Shown: positions 7,887-16,254 of the stretch, piece by piece
Numbering within the stretch: position 1 is the first letter of the stretch
Layout of the letters: the number at the start of each line of letters is the position of its first letter
From: an uncultured virus (IMG/VR IMGVR_UViG_3300018080_000168)
Taxonomy: Duplodnaviria; Heunggongvirae; Uroviricota; Caudoviricetes
Strand: one strand, 5' to 3'
Virus record (IMG/VR): IMGVR_UViG_3300018080_000168
DNA length: 20,000 nt
Translations under genes and position numbers: made by a program
Notes under the pieces: model-generated
Databases searched by the model: none
What the model saw: only the letters and a program-made list of their open reading frames with translations
Told to the model about the DNA's origin: nothing

Positions 7887-9934
7887 TGCCCATAGAAATT
7901 GATATAATAGGCCAAGCCGAAGGTCGAAAGGCTTTCCAACCACTTCCGAGTGAGGTTGTAGTTGGTAAAAAAAGACTTGCAATAAGTGAGAAACCTGCTG
8001 GCAAATTAGAAACGAGAAAGGCTTCTCTCGTACCGAAAGCTGGATTTGTAGAGCCGAAGACCTTCAAGAAACTGATGAATGAAAATCAGAAGTGGAGGAA
8101 AGCTGCTTGGGACATGCAAACCATTGCCAAATATCATGGTGAAGGCGGACCAGCTAAAATGGCAAACAAAGTTGAGGCTGGTAATAGAATTCTATATGTT
8201 AGTCCTGGATTTGCATACAAGTGGCACACTTTCTTAAGAGATAAATCTTTCGAAGCCCTTAAACTGCTTGTAAAGGCTACAAGAGAGAAGGATGCCATTG
8301 AGAGGAAGAAAAGCCTTCAACAAGCAATTCGAAGGATGGCATTCTTGCGAATAAAATTTGGAGCTTCTCCAGATACAGTATCACTCAAAATAGTTGATGA
8401 TATAGGAGATGCAGGAATGTTTACCACCCAAGACCAGACAACTTTATATCAAGGTATTGATGACTTTGAAGGACTTGGTGAGATAAGCAAGTTTTATGGA
8501 ACAGAAACTGGCAGAGAGTGGTATCTTGCAAGAGACCCCAGAGAGCCAACCTATCATATGGGCAGTGGTGGGACAGTGAATTATGGTCTGCGTGTTAGAG
8601 GTGGCGGTGGCTCTATTTACAATACATCAGGTGCAGATGTTCCTACCCTTACTACTCCTAATCAAGCACCAGAAATGTTGCCTCTGGCACCACAGCAAAG
8701 AAAGGAAAGAATGCTCATGCCAGAACGTGGTGCTCCATTGAGGTATATCGTAGAGGACCTTGGTGAAGATGGCCAAACTCTAAAAGACCTTGGATTTTGG
8801 GAAGGAGCTCTTGATGTTGGCTATGCAGTTGAAGAGGATGGTCTTTACATGCCAGAAAATCAGAGAATCGATTTCCGTGTGATAAAAGCAACTGATTTCG
8901 CATCATTGCCAAGCGATGGTGCGATACTTGGAGCTGCAGAAGAATATGAAACTGTACCAGCTGTTGATGTAATGGGAGACCTGGGATTCGACAGTATGCT
9001 TGATGAAATATTTGCATTAGATGTGCCTGCAAAAAGGCCAAAGAAGAAGACATCTTTTGCAGCAAAAGCAATAGCATTAGCCAAGAAGAAGGCACAAGAA
9101 TTTGCTGCAAAGAAGAAAGCACAGGAATTAGCAAAGAAGGCAAAAGCACAGGCAAAAGCTGGTGCAAAAGCTCCAAAACCAGCGAAACCAGTTCCTCTTA
9201 TTCCTTGGATTACTAAATATGCAGTAATTCCGAAAATTGAGAAACTTCTTAATGAGAAAGACCTTACATCTCAACCGAGGTCTGCTGCTTCAACTGTAGT
9301 TTGGTTAAAGATTCTAAAAGCTGGCAAAATTCCTTCCAATAGACAGCAAAAAGAAGCACAAAATGCATTGAAATTTTTGAGGTCTCTTCCAAACAAAGGG
9401 ATAAAAGTTTCTGTTCCAAAGGTAATAGAATCCAAGAAGACACAAAATGCAAAGAAAGTTGCAGCTTCAGCAGGAAAAGGGTTGAAGGAAGGCAGACTTG
9501 AAGCAGCAAAAGCAGCACAAGGATTGGCAAAATTGGCAAATGAAGCAAAGAAAAAGTCAATGCTCGAGAAAGCCAAAGCCCAAAAGAACAAACAGGAAGC
9601 TGCAAAGTGGAAACAAAAGGGTGTACTTGCTCTTGCAAAGCACCATGAAGAAGAGGCAAATAAAGCAGAGCTTATGTCTGAAGCAGCTGAAAATACAGCA
9701 TTCGACCTTGCCAATGAGGCAAAGGAAACTGCATTGTTTGCAACTGACGCACCACTCGAACTTGCTACAAGTCTTTTCAACAACATTATACCAGAGGCAA
9801 AAGAAGCAGCTGTTACAACTGAAATACTTGGACAGGAAATAGACAAACAGCAACTAATTTTGCTTGGCGGTGCTGCCTTAATTGGAGTGATTGCTTTGGG
9901 TGGATTTGCTGCAAAGAAAAGGAGGTCGAAATAA
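7886..9934 (+). CDS. 682-aa protein with C-terminal TM anchor, Lys/Ala helical region and several xLG motifs; putative virion membrane protein
   Basis: LILLGGAALIGVIALGGFAA-KKRRSK terminus; GGAGG SD; TAATG coupling. Confidence 0.9.
   Translation: MPIEIDIIGQAEGRKAFQPLPSEVVVGKKRLAISEKPAGKLETRKASLVPKAGFVEPKTFKKLMNENQKWRKAAWDMQTIAKYHGEGGPAKMANKVEAGNRILYVSPGFAYKWHTFLRDKSFEALKLLVKATREKDAIERKKSLQQAIRRMAFLRIKFGASPDTVSLKIVDDIGDAGMFTTQDQTTLYQGIDDFEGLGEISKFYGTETGREWYLARDPREPTYHMGSGGTVNYGLRVRGGGGSIYNTSGADVPTLTTPNQAPEMLPLAPQQRKERMLMPERGAPLRYIVEDLGEDGQTLKDLGFWEGALDVGYAVEEDGLYMPENQRIDFRVIKATDFASLPSDGAILGAAEEYETVPAVDVMGDLGFDSMLDEIFALDVPAKRPKKKTSFAAKAIALAKKKAQEFAAKKKAQELAKKAKAQAKAGAKAPKPAKPVPLIPWITKYAVIPKIEKLLNEKDLTSQPRSAASTVVWLKILKAGKIPSNRQQKEAQNALKFLRSLPNKGIKVSVPKVIESKKTQNAKKVAASAGKGLKEGRLEAAKAAQGLAKLANEAKKKSMLEKAKAQKNKQEAAKWKQKGVLALAKHHEEEANKAELMSEAAENTAFDLANEAKETALFATDAPLELATSLFNNIIPEAKEAAVTTEILGQEIDKQQLILLGGAALIGVIALGGFAAKKRRSK
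9080..9151 (+). repeat. Imperfect 27-nt coding tandem repeat (AKKKAQEFA / AKKKAQELA / KKAKAQ)
   Basis: Read directly from sequence. Confidence 0.6.
9203..9391 (+). repeat. About 60-aa 'PWxxKYxV(I/L)PKI...LRxxP' domain, copy 1 (copies 2 and 3 at 11192-11368 and 11441-11620)
   Basis: PWITKYAVIPKIEKLLNEKD...EAQNALKFLRSLP aligns with PWMIKYEVIPKIGALLKERD...EAQNILAYLRALP and PWIAKYNVLPKIANLLKED...LLTKLRACP. Confidence 0.85.
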
Positions 9935-11169
9935 TGACGATGACAAGAATAGTGCAACCGAGGATGGAGGTTAAGTCTGTAGCACCAGCTGTTCCTATGG
10001 ATTTTTCATATTTCCCAGATGTATTATCACCATTTTCCGCAGAGTCGAGAATGTCAGATACAAAAGCAGTTCGTCCTTATTCATCATATCTGAAACCAAC
10101 AGGCACTCCAAAAGTAAGGCTGAAACTGATGGTTACAGGATATCCTGGATATGGAGTTGCAAGATTCTATGAGAAAGTTCCTGGCACACAAGATAGATTT
10201 GTAGTGAAGGAAAAATACAAGCATTTAGTAACTGACAAAAGAATTGATGCATTGCCAATGGTTATAAGAAGGATGCCTCCAAAAGCAATTGGGCATCTTT
10301 ATCGTTTTGACCCAACAAGAGGATTCCACATATTGAAACCACAGTATAGACGCTTTGCAATAAGAAGTTGGGATATGGGCAACATTGGTTGGGGATTTCC
10401 TAAAATCAAAATTCCGAAGATTGATATTAAGAAAAAAGTAACTGGAGTTGCAAAAGCAGTATCTTCAAAGGTTAAAGGTGGCACGAGTGCTGTTGCCAAG
10501 AAAGTTAAAGGTGGCACAAGTGCAATTGCCAAGAAGGTTAAAGTTCCTAAATTATCAATGCCAAAGGCTGATGCCTTAAAGTCTGTAGCAAGTGCTGCAA
10601 AGAACAAAGTAATAAGTGCAAAGAAAGCTGCAAGTAGCTCTGCCAAATATCTTGCAGGCAAGGCCAAAGATGCAGCAAATTCTGCAAAGAAACTTGGTAG
10701 TGCTGCTTCAAAGAAAGCATCTGAAGCAAAAGAATGGGCTGCAAGAGGCATGCACAAAACAGCAGAAGCAGCAAAGGCAACTGCAGGTAAATTAAAAGGA
10801 GCAGCAGTTGCAGCAGGTGCAAAGGCTAAAGAGTATGCAAGGAAGGCAAAGGATGCAGCAAAAGCAGCAGTAACAAAGCCAATTGATGCTGCAAAATCTG
10901 TGATAAACAAGGTCAAAGAAACAGTTGGAGGAGCAATTGACAAAGTCAAAGGTGTTGCTGCTAAACCATTTGAATGGCTTGGGAAAATTGGCAAAGTAGT
11001 TATGTATGGTGCTTTGGCTATTGGTGCAATTGCATTTTTCTACATTATTTACAGAATAAGCCAGAAACAAAAGCAAGTAGCTGCACAGAAGGCATCTACA
11101 CCAACATTGCCAAAGGCACCTGCAAGACCAACATTTGTTCCAAGACCAAGACCAGCAGGAGGTGTCTAA
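9934..11169 (+). CDS. 411-aa membrane protein with Lys/Ala 11-mer amphipathic repeats and a near-C-terminal TM helix
   Basis: KVKGGTSAVAK/KVKGGTSAIAK; TM VVMYGALAIGAIAFFYIIY; GGAGGT SD. Confidence 0.9.
   Translation: MTMTRIVQPRMEVKSVAPAVPMDFSYFPDVLSPFSAESRMSDTKAVRPYSSYLKPTGTPKVRLKLMVTGYPGYGVARFYEKVPGTQDRFVVKEKYKHLVTDKRIDALPMVIRRMPPKAIGHLYRFDPTRGFHILKPQYRRFAIRSWDMGNIGWGFPKIKIPKIDIKKKVTGVAKAVSSKVKGGTSAVAKKVKGGTSAIAKKVKVPKLSMPKADALKSVASAAKNKVISAKKAASSSAKYLAGKAKDAANSAKKLGSAASKKASEAKEWAARGMHKTAEAAKATAGKLKGAAVAAGAKAKEYARKAKDAAKAAVTKPIDAAKSVINKVKETVGGAIDKVKGVAAKPFEWLGKIGKVVMYGALAIGAIAFFYIIYRISQKQKQVAAQKASTPTLPKAPARPTFVPRPRPAGGV
10468..10543 (+). repeat. 33-nt coding tandem repeat (about 2.3 copies)
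   Basis: aaggttaaaggtggcacgagtgctgttgccaag / aaagttaaaggtggcacaagtgcaattgccaag / aaggttaaag. Confidence 0.85.
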
Positions 11170-11170
11170 A

Positions 11171-12064
11171 ATGGCACCACCTGGACCATCACCATGGATG
11201 ATAAAGTATGAGGTAATTCCAAAAATTGGAGCATTATTGAAGGAAAGAGATGTTCCCCATGCAAAGAAAGTTTCTATCAGCCAATTCATGGCACATTTTG
11301 TACAAATGCCATTTGCAAAGCAAAAATCTGAAGCACAGAATATTTTGGCATATTTGCGAGCATTACCGAGCCATAAAGAAGTAGGCAAAATGGTTGAAGC
11401 TTCTGTGAAAAAAACAGAGGGCAAAACATATGGTACATCTCCGTGGATAGCAAAATATAATGTGCTTCCCAAAATTGCAAACCTTTTGAAAGAGGACAGA
11501 GTTATTCCTACTAATACTAAAACAGTTGCAACTAATTTCCTCAAAAATTGGAAAAGTATGCCACACGCACAGCAAGACTCACAAGGAAAAAGTTTGCTTA
11601 CAAAGTTGAGAGCTTGTCCAATAGTAAGAACACCTGTGAGTCCAAAAATTAAGCCACCAACTGTGAAACCTGCTATTGCAGTGAAACCAGCAGTGAAACC
11701 AACCAAAAAGGTAATGACTGCTGATAAAGTCAAAAAGCAGATGCAGAAACGTGTGGAGGAAGCTTTGAAGAAGGCGAAGGCACAGCGAGCAAAAAAGCCA
11801 GTACCGAGTGAAAAGAATCTTGTTAAAGAAGCAAGTAAATCTGTTCAGAAAGCACAAGCCAAATACACAGAGGCAAGTCAAGAGGCAACTGCATTCGAGA
11901 AAGAAAAAGCAGCAGAGACAGAGGCAATTCTACAGGCTATGGGTGCAAAGACACCTGTTGAAGAGGCTGTTGAAGGATGGACACCAATTGAAATGGCAGC
12001 ACTTGCAGGTGTATCTCTCGTTACAGTAGGTGTTGTAGCGTGGATAATAATAAAAAAGAAGTGA
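11171..12064 (+). CDS. Membrane-anchored protein with two PWxxKY domains, Pro/Lys linker, coiled coil and C-terminal TM
   Basis: ATG 11171 after GGAGGTG (preferred over 11135); ends AALAGVSLVTVGVVAWIII-KKK. Confidence 0.9.
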   Translation: MAPPGPSPWMIKYEVIPKIGALLKERDVPHAKKVSISQFMAHFVQMPFAKQKSEAQNILAYLRALPSHKEVGKMVEASVKKTEGKTYGTSPWIAKYNVLPKIANLLKEDRVIPTNTKTVATNFLKNWKSMPHAQQDSQGKSLLTKLRACPIVRTPVSPKIKPPTVKPAIAVKPAVKPTKKVMTADKVKKQMQKRVEEALKKAKAQRAKKPVPSEKNLVKEASKSVQKAQAKYTEASQEATAFEKEKAAETEAILQAMGAKTPVEEAVEGWTPIEMAALAGVSLVTVGVVAWIIIKKK

Positions 12065-12070
12065 TGGAAA

Positions 12071-12484
12071 ATGTCGCCAAACTTGAGAGGAAGAAGGATT
12101 AACCCAGGAGACATCAATCCTGGCGATGCTCGAAAGGGAATCCCTTTGAGAGATGGCAGCGGTCGTGGTATTAGAGCTAATTATAATCGTGGTGGGCTTG
12201 GTGAGGTTGGAGTACCAAAAAGAGACGGAAGTGGGAGAGGAATACGAGCCAATTACAATCGTGGCGGTTGCAGAGAAGCTCCATTGCTTGGTGAGCTGTC
12301 AGACATTGAGGAATTGGGAGGATGGATAGAGGATATCAAACATTTCGGTGGTAAAACAGGACGAATAATCGGTGTAGTTGTGTTTGTTGGTGGTTTGGTC
12401 CTTCTTTATCCGAGAATGAAGCATGCTGCAAAGGAAACCAAGAAATACAAAAATATTGCACAGCAAAGGAGGACACAGCCATGA
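12071..12484 (+). CDS. Arg/Gly-rich small membrane protein with duplicated RDGSGRGIRANYNRGG
   Basis: TM IIGVVVFVGGLVLLY; internal peptide repeat. Confidence 0.85.
   Translation: MSPNLRGRRINPGDINPGDARKGIPLRDGSGRGIRANYNRGGLGEVGVPKRDGSGRGIRANYNRGGCREAPLLGELSDIEELGGWIEDIKHFGGKTGRIIGVVVFVGGLVLLYPRMKHAAKETKKYKNIAQQRRTQP
12137..12271 (+). repeat. Protein-level duplication G(I/V)PxRDGSGRGIRANYNRGG (12137-12196, 12209-12271); third related copy at 13727-13789
   Basis: 16 identical residues; 12 of the 16 codons differ synonymously. Confidence 0.9.
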
Positions 12485-12663
12485 AATTGATGGACGATAT
12501 AAAGGAATATGGATTCCTTGGTCCATTTTCATGGACGAGAGTTGGTATTGCATTAATAGTCATCTTTGGTGGTACATTAGTTATCCCAAAAATCATGAAG
12601 GCAAAATATGAAATAACAGACCAGGAGGAGTTGAATTGGCAAAGAGAGCACCCAGAGTGGTAA
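12481..12663 (+). CDS. 60-aa single-TM protein
   Basis: GGAGG SD, ATGA overlap; TM VGIALIVIFGGTLVI. Confidence 0.8.
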   Translation: MKLMDDIKEYGFLGPFSWTRVGIALIVIFGGTLVIPKIMKAKYEITDQEELNWQREHPEW

Positions 12664-13052
12664 ATTATCGAGGAATGTATTCAGGGATACTTGCTAAAGA
12701 CAATCCATGCGTAAGAAGAATGCGAAAGGATTTGAAGACAGACAAGTTAATTAATCCAGCAGGGTGCAGACCGAGGTTTGTTCAGCCATATGTCATGATA
12801 GATGGCGTCGATGATACAGGAGAGATACAAATGGCAAGAGGAATGCATGATTACGGACAGATGTACAATGGAATATCAGCAGTGGACCCAGGTCGAATGT
12901 ATAATGGCCTTGGAGAATACGATGAATGGGATACCATAGGTGATTTGGGTTTTCTCGATGACAAGCCTATGATTAAGATGGGACTTGTGTTCTTCGGAGG
13001 ACTTGCTGCTGGTTTGGGAGTTGGATACTTTCTGTTCAAGAAGAAGATGTAA
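12636..13052 (+). CDS. 138-aa C-terminally anchored membrane protein with MY(S/N)G(I/L) repeats
   Basis: TTG start after GGAGGAG; TM MGLVFFGGLAAGLGVGYFLF-KKKM. Confidence 0.85.
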   Translation: MAKRAPRVVNYRGMYSGILAKDNPCVRRMRKDLKTDKLINPAGCRPRFVQPYVMIDGVDDTGEIQMARGMHDYGQMYNGISAVDPGRMYNGLGEYDEWDTIGDLGFLDDKPMIKMGLVFFGGLAAGLGVGYFLFKKKM

Positions 13053-13054
13053 AA

Positions 13055-14392
13055 ATGATTGAGACTTGGAGAAGTCTATTGGCAAGACAGCCAGTCATAG
13101 GTAATAGGCTAATTCTGGCCGATATAGGCAAGGATAGACCTGTTCCTGTTAGACTTTTCCCACAAACAATCACTCCTTGGGATTATTCTTTTGCATTAGA
13201 GATTCTTAAAGATGTAAATTGCGATACTTCCCATATACAGAGAGGATTACAGTTGGCTATTGAGGAGCCAAAGAGAAATCCCATTTTCCGAACTGCACAG
13301 GATGTTGAAGATTATGCCAAAGAAATAATTGCTGATGAATTCGACATAGATTGGACAGGGAAATATGAGTTCATTGATTGTTGGGATGATGAAGGTTGGA
13401 TTGAAGCAAAAATTCGTAACAAAGAAACAGGAGAGGAGATTGAGGTTTTGCTTCAGGAATTTGCAGAGCCAGAATGGGACCCAACAGAGCAAACAAGTTA
13501 CATGCAAACTGGATATGAAGTCTATCAACCAATGGATTATTGGTCTTTCTTTGGTTGGGAGGAAAATCCCAGATTTTGTCCCAAGTGTGGAGCTTTGTTA
13601 AAATCAGGATTGCCCTGCCCAAGATGTGAGCCAGAAAAATACAAAATGGAGCATGCAAAGTTTGTTGAAGTAACCAAAAAGAATCCTCCAAGACCATTTA
13701 GACCAGGAAGAAGAGGTCCTCCATATGGCATACCAAAAAGAGATGGAAGCGGATTGGGACGCAGAAGAAATTTCAATAGAGCAGGATGTCGACCCAATAT
13801 AGCACCATTGGTTGCAATGGCAGGGATGCAAGCAGCTCAAACAGGTGCAAAAGCAGGATTAGGAGCAGCAAGAAAAGCAGAGACTGGTATTGCAGAATTC
13901 CTCACACCAAATGCACCAAGAAGAAGCAATTACAAATTCAAAAATCCAAGCCTCAAAATGGAATTCATAGACAAATTCCGTGAAATTCAATCTCTTGGTA
14001 GAGGCTATGATTGGACAGATGATTTGGATAGAGCATATAGTGAAATGCTCGAGAAATATCCAAACTTGACCAAACAGCTTTATATTCTGTATGTTTCGAT
14101 TGCAGAGAAATATCACTCACACGGTCTTCCTCTTGACATTGGAGAGAAATATATTGATATTTTCTGGAAGGATGAAAAGCAAAGTTGGATTGGTGTAAAA
14201 GAGGATGGGAGTGAAGTGGAGCTTCCAGCTTGGCTTAATTCATTTGACGAAATATTCTGGGATGAATACATAGGCGATTATCGTGGTATGCATGCTCCCA
14301 GCATAAGAGCAAATCCACAAATTTACGAACCCTTACGAAAGGTTAATATAGACCTTTTAACAGGTATAGAAAGAGGTGATGAAAGTGTCTAA
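13055..14392 (+). CDS. 445-aa modular protein with 5 NP motifs (acidic module, Zn ribbon, RDGSG peptide, Gly/Ala helix, acidic module)
   Basis: NP at 13277, 13565, 13682, 13943, 14312; CPKC..CPRC. Confidence 0.88.
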   Translation: MIETWRSLLARQPVIGNRLILADIGKDRPVPVRLFPQTITPWDYSFALEILKDVNCDTSHIQRGLQLAIEEPKRNPIFRTAQDVEDYAKEIIADEFDIDWTGKYEFIDCWDDEGWIEAKIRNKETGEEIEVLLQEFAEPEWDPTEQTSYMQTGYEVYQPMDYWSFFGWEENPRFCPKCGALLKSGLPCPRCEPEKYKMEHAKFVEVTKKNPPRPFRPGRRGPPYGIPKRDGSGLGRRRNFNRAGCRPNIAPLVAMAGMQAAQTGAKAGLGAARKAETGIAEFLTPNAPRRSNYKFKNPSLKMEFIDKFREIQSLGRGYDWTDDLDRAYSEMLEKYPNLTKQLYILYVSIAEKYHSHGLPLDIGEKYIDIFWKDEKQSWIGVKEDGSEVELPAWLNSFDEIFWDEYIGDYRGMHAPSIRANPQIYEPLRKVNIDLLTGIERGDESV

Positions 14393-15170
14393 ATTAGATT
14401 GCCTTGCAGAAATTCAGGTAAATTTAGCTGAATTGGCAGGTGAAGAACGAGCTGAAGAGTTATTCAGGAAATTTATTCATGAATTGAGGCTTATGAGCAG
14501 AAAACAGGCTATGGAAAGAATTATAAAGGCGAGAAATCGACTTCGACAGTTGACTATTGAGCCAAGATTATTCAGACCAGAGCCAGTTAAAACAAAAATA
14601 AACATGCCCAAAAACACAAAAATGGTATTGGAAAAGGTCCCAGGCGAGTTCATTGCAAATGATTTTACAGAGATTTTGCCTAATCCAGAAGACCTTCAGC
14701 CTGTTAATGATGTTCCTGTTAGAATCGATGGGATTGGGAGTTATCCTTATCCTGCATCAAAAGAAGGTCCTGTTCCAGATGTCCCAGTAAGAATTGATAA
14801 TATTGGCACTTATCCTTACACACCACCAAATGCAGCTCCAGAAATGGACCCACAGCCTTTTAACATGGGTAATATTGGTACACTTTTGCCACCGAGAACA
14901 ATTCAAAAACCTTGGCTGAATGCAAGTCAACAGCTTTTCCATCCAGGAGACTTTGTTATAAATGTAAATGACCAAAGAGTTGGTCTTCTTAAAGCAATTC
15001 GAGGAGAAGAAGCGACAGTAGTATTCAAAAATGGAGAAGCTTGGAAGATGCCAATGCAGGAATTGAGACCGTATTATGGAACTGTAAGAGAGTTGAAAAA
15101 GGTTGATAAAATCGACAAAACTGCAGAATTAGCCTATAAACTTCGATTGGCTCCAGGAGGGAGAGCATGA
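14385..15170 (+). CDS. Hypothetical protein with 23-aa-period repeat and C-terminal SH3/KOW-like domain
   Basis: GTG 14385 after GAGGTGA (alternatives 14376, 14379); FHPGDFV...VGLLKAIRGEEATVVFKNG...ELRP. Confidence 0.85.
   Translation: MSKLDCLAEIQVNLAELAGEERAEELFRKFIHELRLMSRKQAMERIIKARNRLRQLTIEPRLFRPEPVKTKINMPKNTKMVLEKVPGEFIANDFTEILPNPEDLQPVNDVPVRIDGIGSYPYPASKEGPVPDVPVRIDNIGTYPYTPPNAAPEMDPQPFNMGNIGTLLPPRTIQKPWLNASQQLFHPGDFVINVNDQRVGLLKAIRGEEATVVFKNGEAWKMPMQELRPYYGTVRELKKVDKIDKTAELAYKLRLAPGGRA
14700..14819 (+). repeat. 69-nt-period coding repeat PVxDVPVRID(G/N)IG(S/T)YPY x2
   Basis: Read directly from sequence. Confidence 0.85.
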
Positions 15171-15901
15171 AGAGGATAACTTATGGTGATGGAGTCGGTT
15201 TGCTCAAAAATAATCGGAATATTCCAATTCCAAATCCAAGATTTTCCTCAAAACATAGATTTATTACTACAGTTGATGGCAAACCAGTTGAATTTGCAGT
15301 TGGACTCATGAAGCTGAAGCCAGAAAGAATGATTGAAGAAGTCAAAAAGGTAATGAAAGACCAAGATGGCAACAGCGTTCAGCAAGTAACATATGTTAAA
15401 GCAACTGATGAACTTTTGCCATCTGGAACTACTGGCAGAAAGTACATAAATGAAAAAGGCCAAACCATTCCATCATCTGAAATACGATATTATATGCCTG
15501 AAGATGTTGAAAATGGAGGAGAAGAGATACAGCAATTTACAAAAACTGAAACTGTAGAAGTTGCTAAATACCTTCCGAGAGGCTCTGAGGAACTGTATCT
15601 GCCAGAAGACCAGTTTGAACTGCATCCAGAGTCTGAAAGTGATGCATGGGGACTTTGGCAACTTGCAAAATATTTGATATCGTCTGACCAAATAGCAACA
15701 GCAATTCTTGTTCCAAGGAAAGGATGGGCGAAATTTGGTGTTTTGCTTATTCCTTATGTAGATGAAGAAACAGGTGAGTTTGCAGTAATCGCAAGATTCG
15801 TTAGAGAAAAATTTGAGTTTAAGAATCCTCTCAAAATTCCGCAAGAACCAAAGGAAAAGAAAGGGAAAGAGCTCAAAACAGGTGTTGAAGAGCTCTTTTA
15901 G
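15167..15901 (+). CDS. Putative divergent Ku-like DNA end-binding protein
   Basis: Pattern G..IP..EI / TETVEVAKYLP...ELYLPEDQFELHPE...GLWQLAKYL...IATAILVPRKG..GVLLIP resembles the prokaryotic Ku core by eye; close to a ligase gene. The CDS itself is secure; the product call is tentative. Confidence 0.5.
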   Translation: MKRITYGDGVGLLKNNRNIPIPNPRFSSKHRFITTVDGKPVEFAVGLMKLKPERMIEEVKKVMKDQDGNSVQQVTYVKATDELLPSGTTGRKYINEKGQTIPSSEIRYYMPEDVENGGEEIQQFTKTETVEVAKYLPRGSEELYLPEDQFELHPESESDAWGLWQLAKYLISSDQIATAILVPRKGWAKFGVLLIPYVDEETGEFAVIARFVREKFEFKNPLKIPQEPKEKKGKELKTGVEELF

Positions 15902-15913
15902 GAGTGTTTAGAA

Positions 15914-16072
15914 ATGGCATTAACAAAAGAGCAATTAGAAACAGCTGGAAAGATTGTTGGACTTGCAGCAATTTTGGTAATTACTTGGAAGTTGACTGTA
16001 GAGCTACCAAAAGCAATGGAAAATGCTAAAACACCTTCTGAAAAGTTTGGTGCATTGACTATATTACTATGA
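15914..16072 (+). CDS. 52-aa small membrane protein (not in ORF track)
   Basis: Own translation: MALTKEQLETAGKIVGLAAILVITWKLTVELPKAMENAKTPSEKFGALTILL*; AGGAGTG upstream. Confidence 0.65.
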   Translation: MALTKEQLETAGKIVGLAAILVITWKLTVELPKAMENAKTPSEKFGALTILL

Positions 16073-16236
16073 TAACTACATACCAAGGTGTCTGGCTCGG
16101 CTCTGCCCTATCATTAGCAGCATGGGCAATAGCTCCTACAATGAAACAAAAGACAATAAGTGGTGCTGCATTCCTCTTTTTTACTGGTATGATTGTTTCG
16201 GAGGAATATAAGAGAAGTAGTCCAAGGAGCAGATAA
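16069..16236 (+). CDS. 55-aa two-TM protein (not in ORF track); may be a frameshifted continuation of the previous ORF
   Basis: Own translation: MITTYQGVWLGSALSLAAWAIAPTMKQKTISGAAFLFFTGMIVSEEYKRSSPRSR*; ATGA overlap. Confidence 0.55.
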   Translation: MITTYQGVWLGSALSLAAWAIAPTMKQKTISGAAFLFFTGMIVSEEYKRSSPRSR

Positions 16237-16254
16237 CAAAGAAAGGTTGAGGAC

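Noticed and set aside
12071..13052. RiPP precursor peptides with repeated cores
   Set aside because: No modifying enzymes or transporters in the window, and the proteins are TM-anchored.
598..13983. Short alternative-frame + strand ORFs (598-786, 2338-2544, 6168-6368, 9498-9842, 10974-11201, 11808-12029, 12423-12611, 13365-13601, 13786-13983)
   Set aside because: Nested in or overlapping longer coupled genes, with no motifs.
12137..14819. CRISPR-like or DGR-like nucleotide repeats
   Set aside because: Repeats are in-frame, few in number and diverge at synonymous sites; no spacer array, cas gene or reverse transcriptase.
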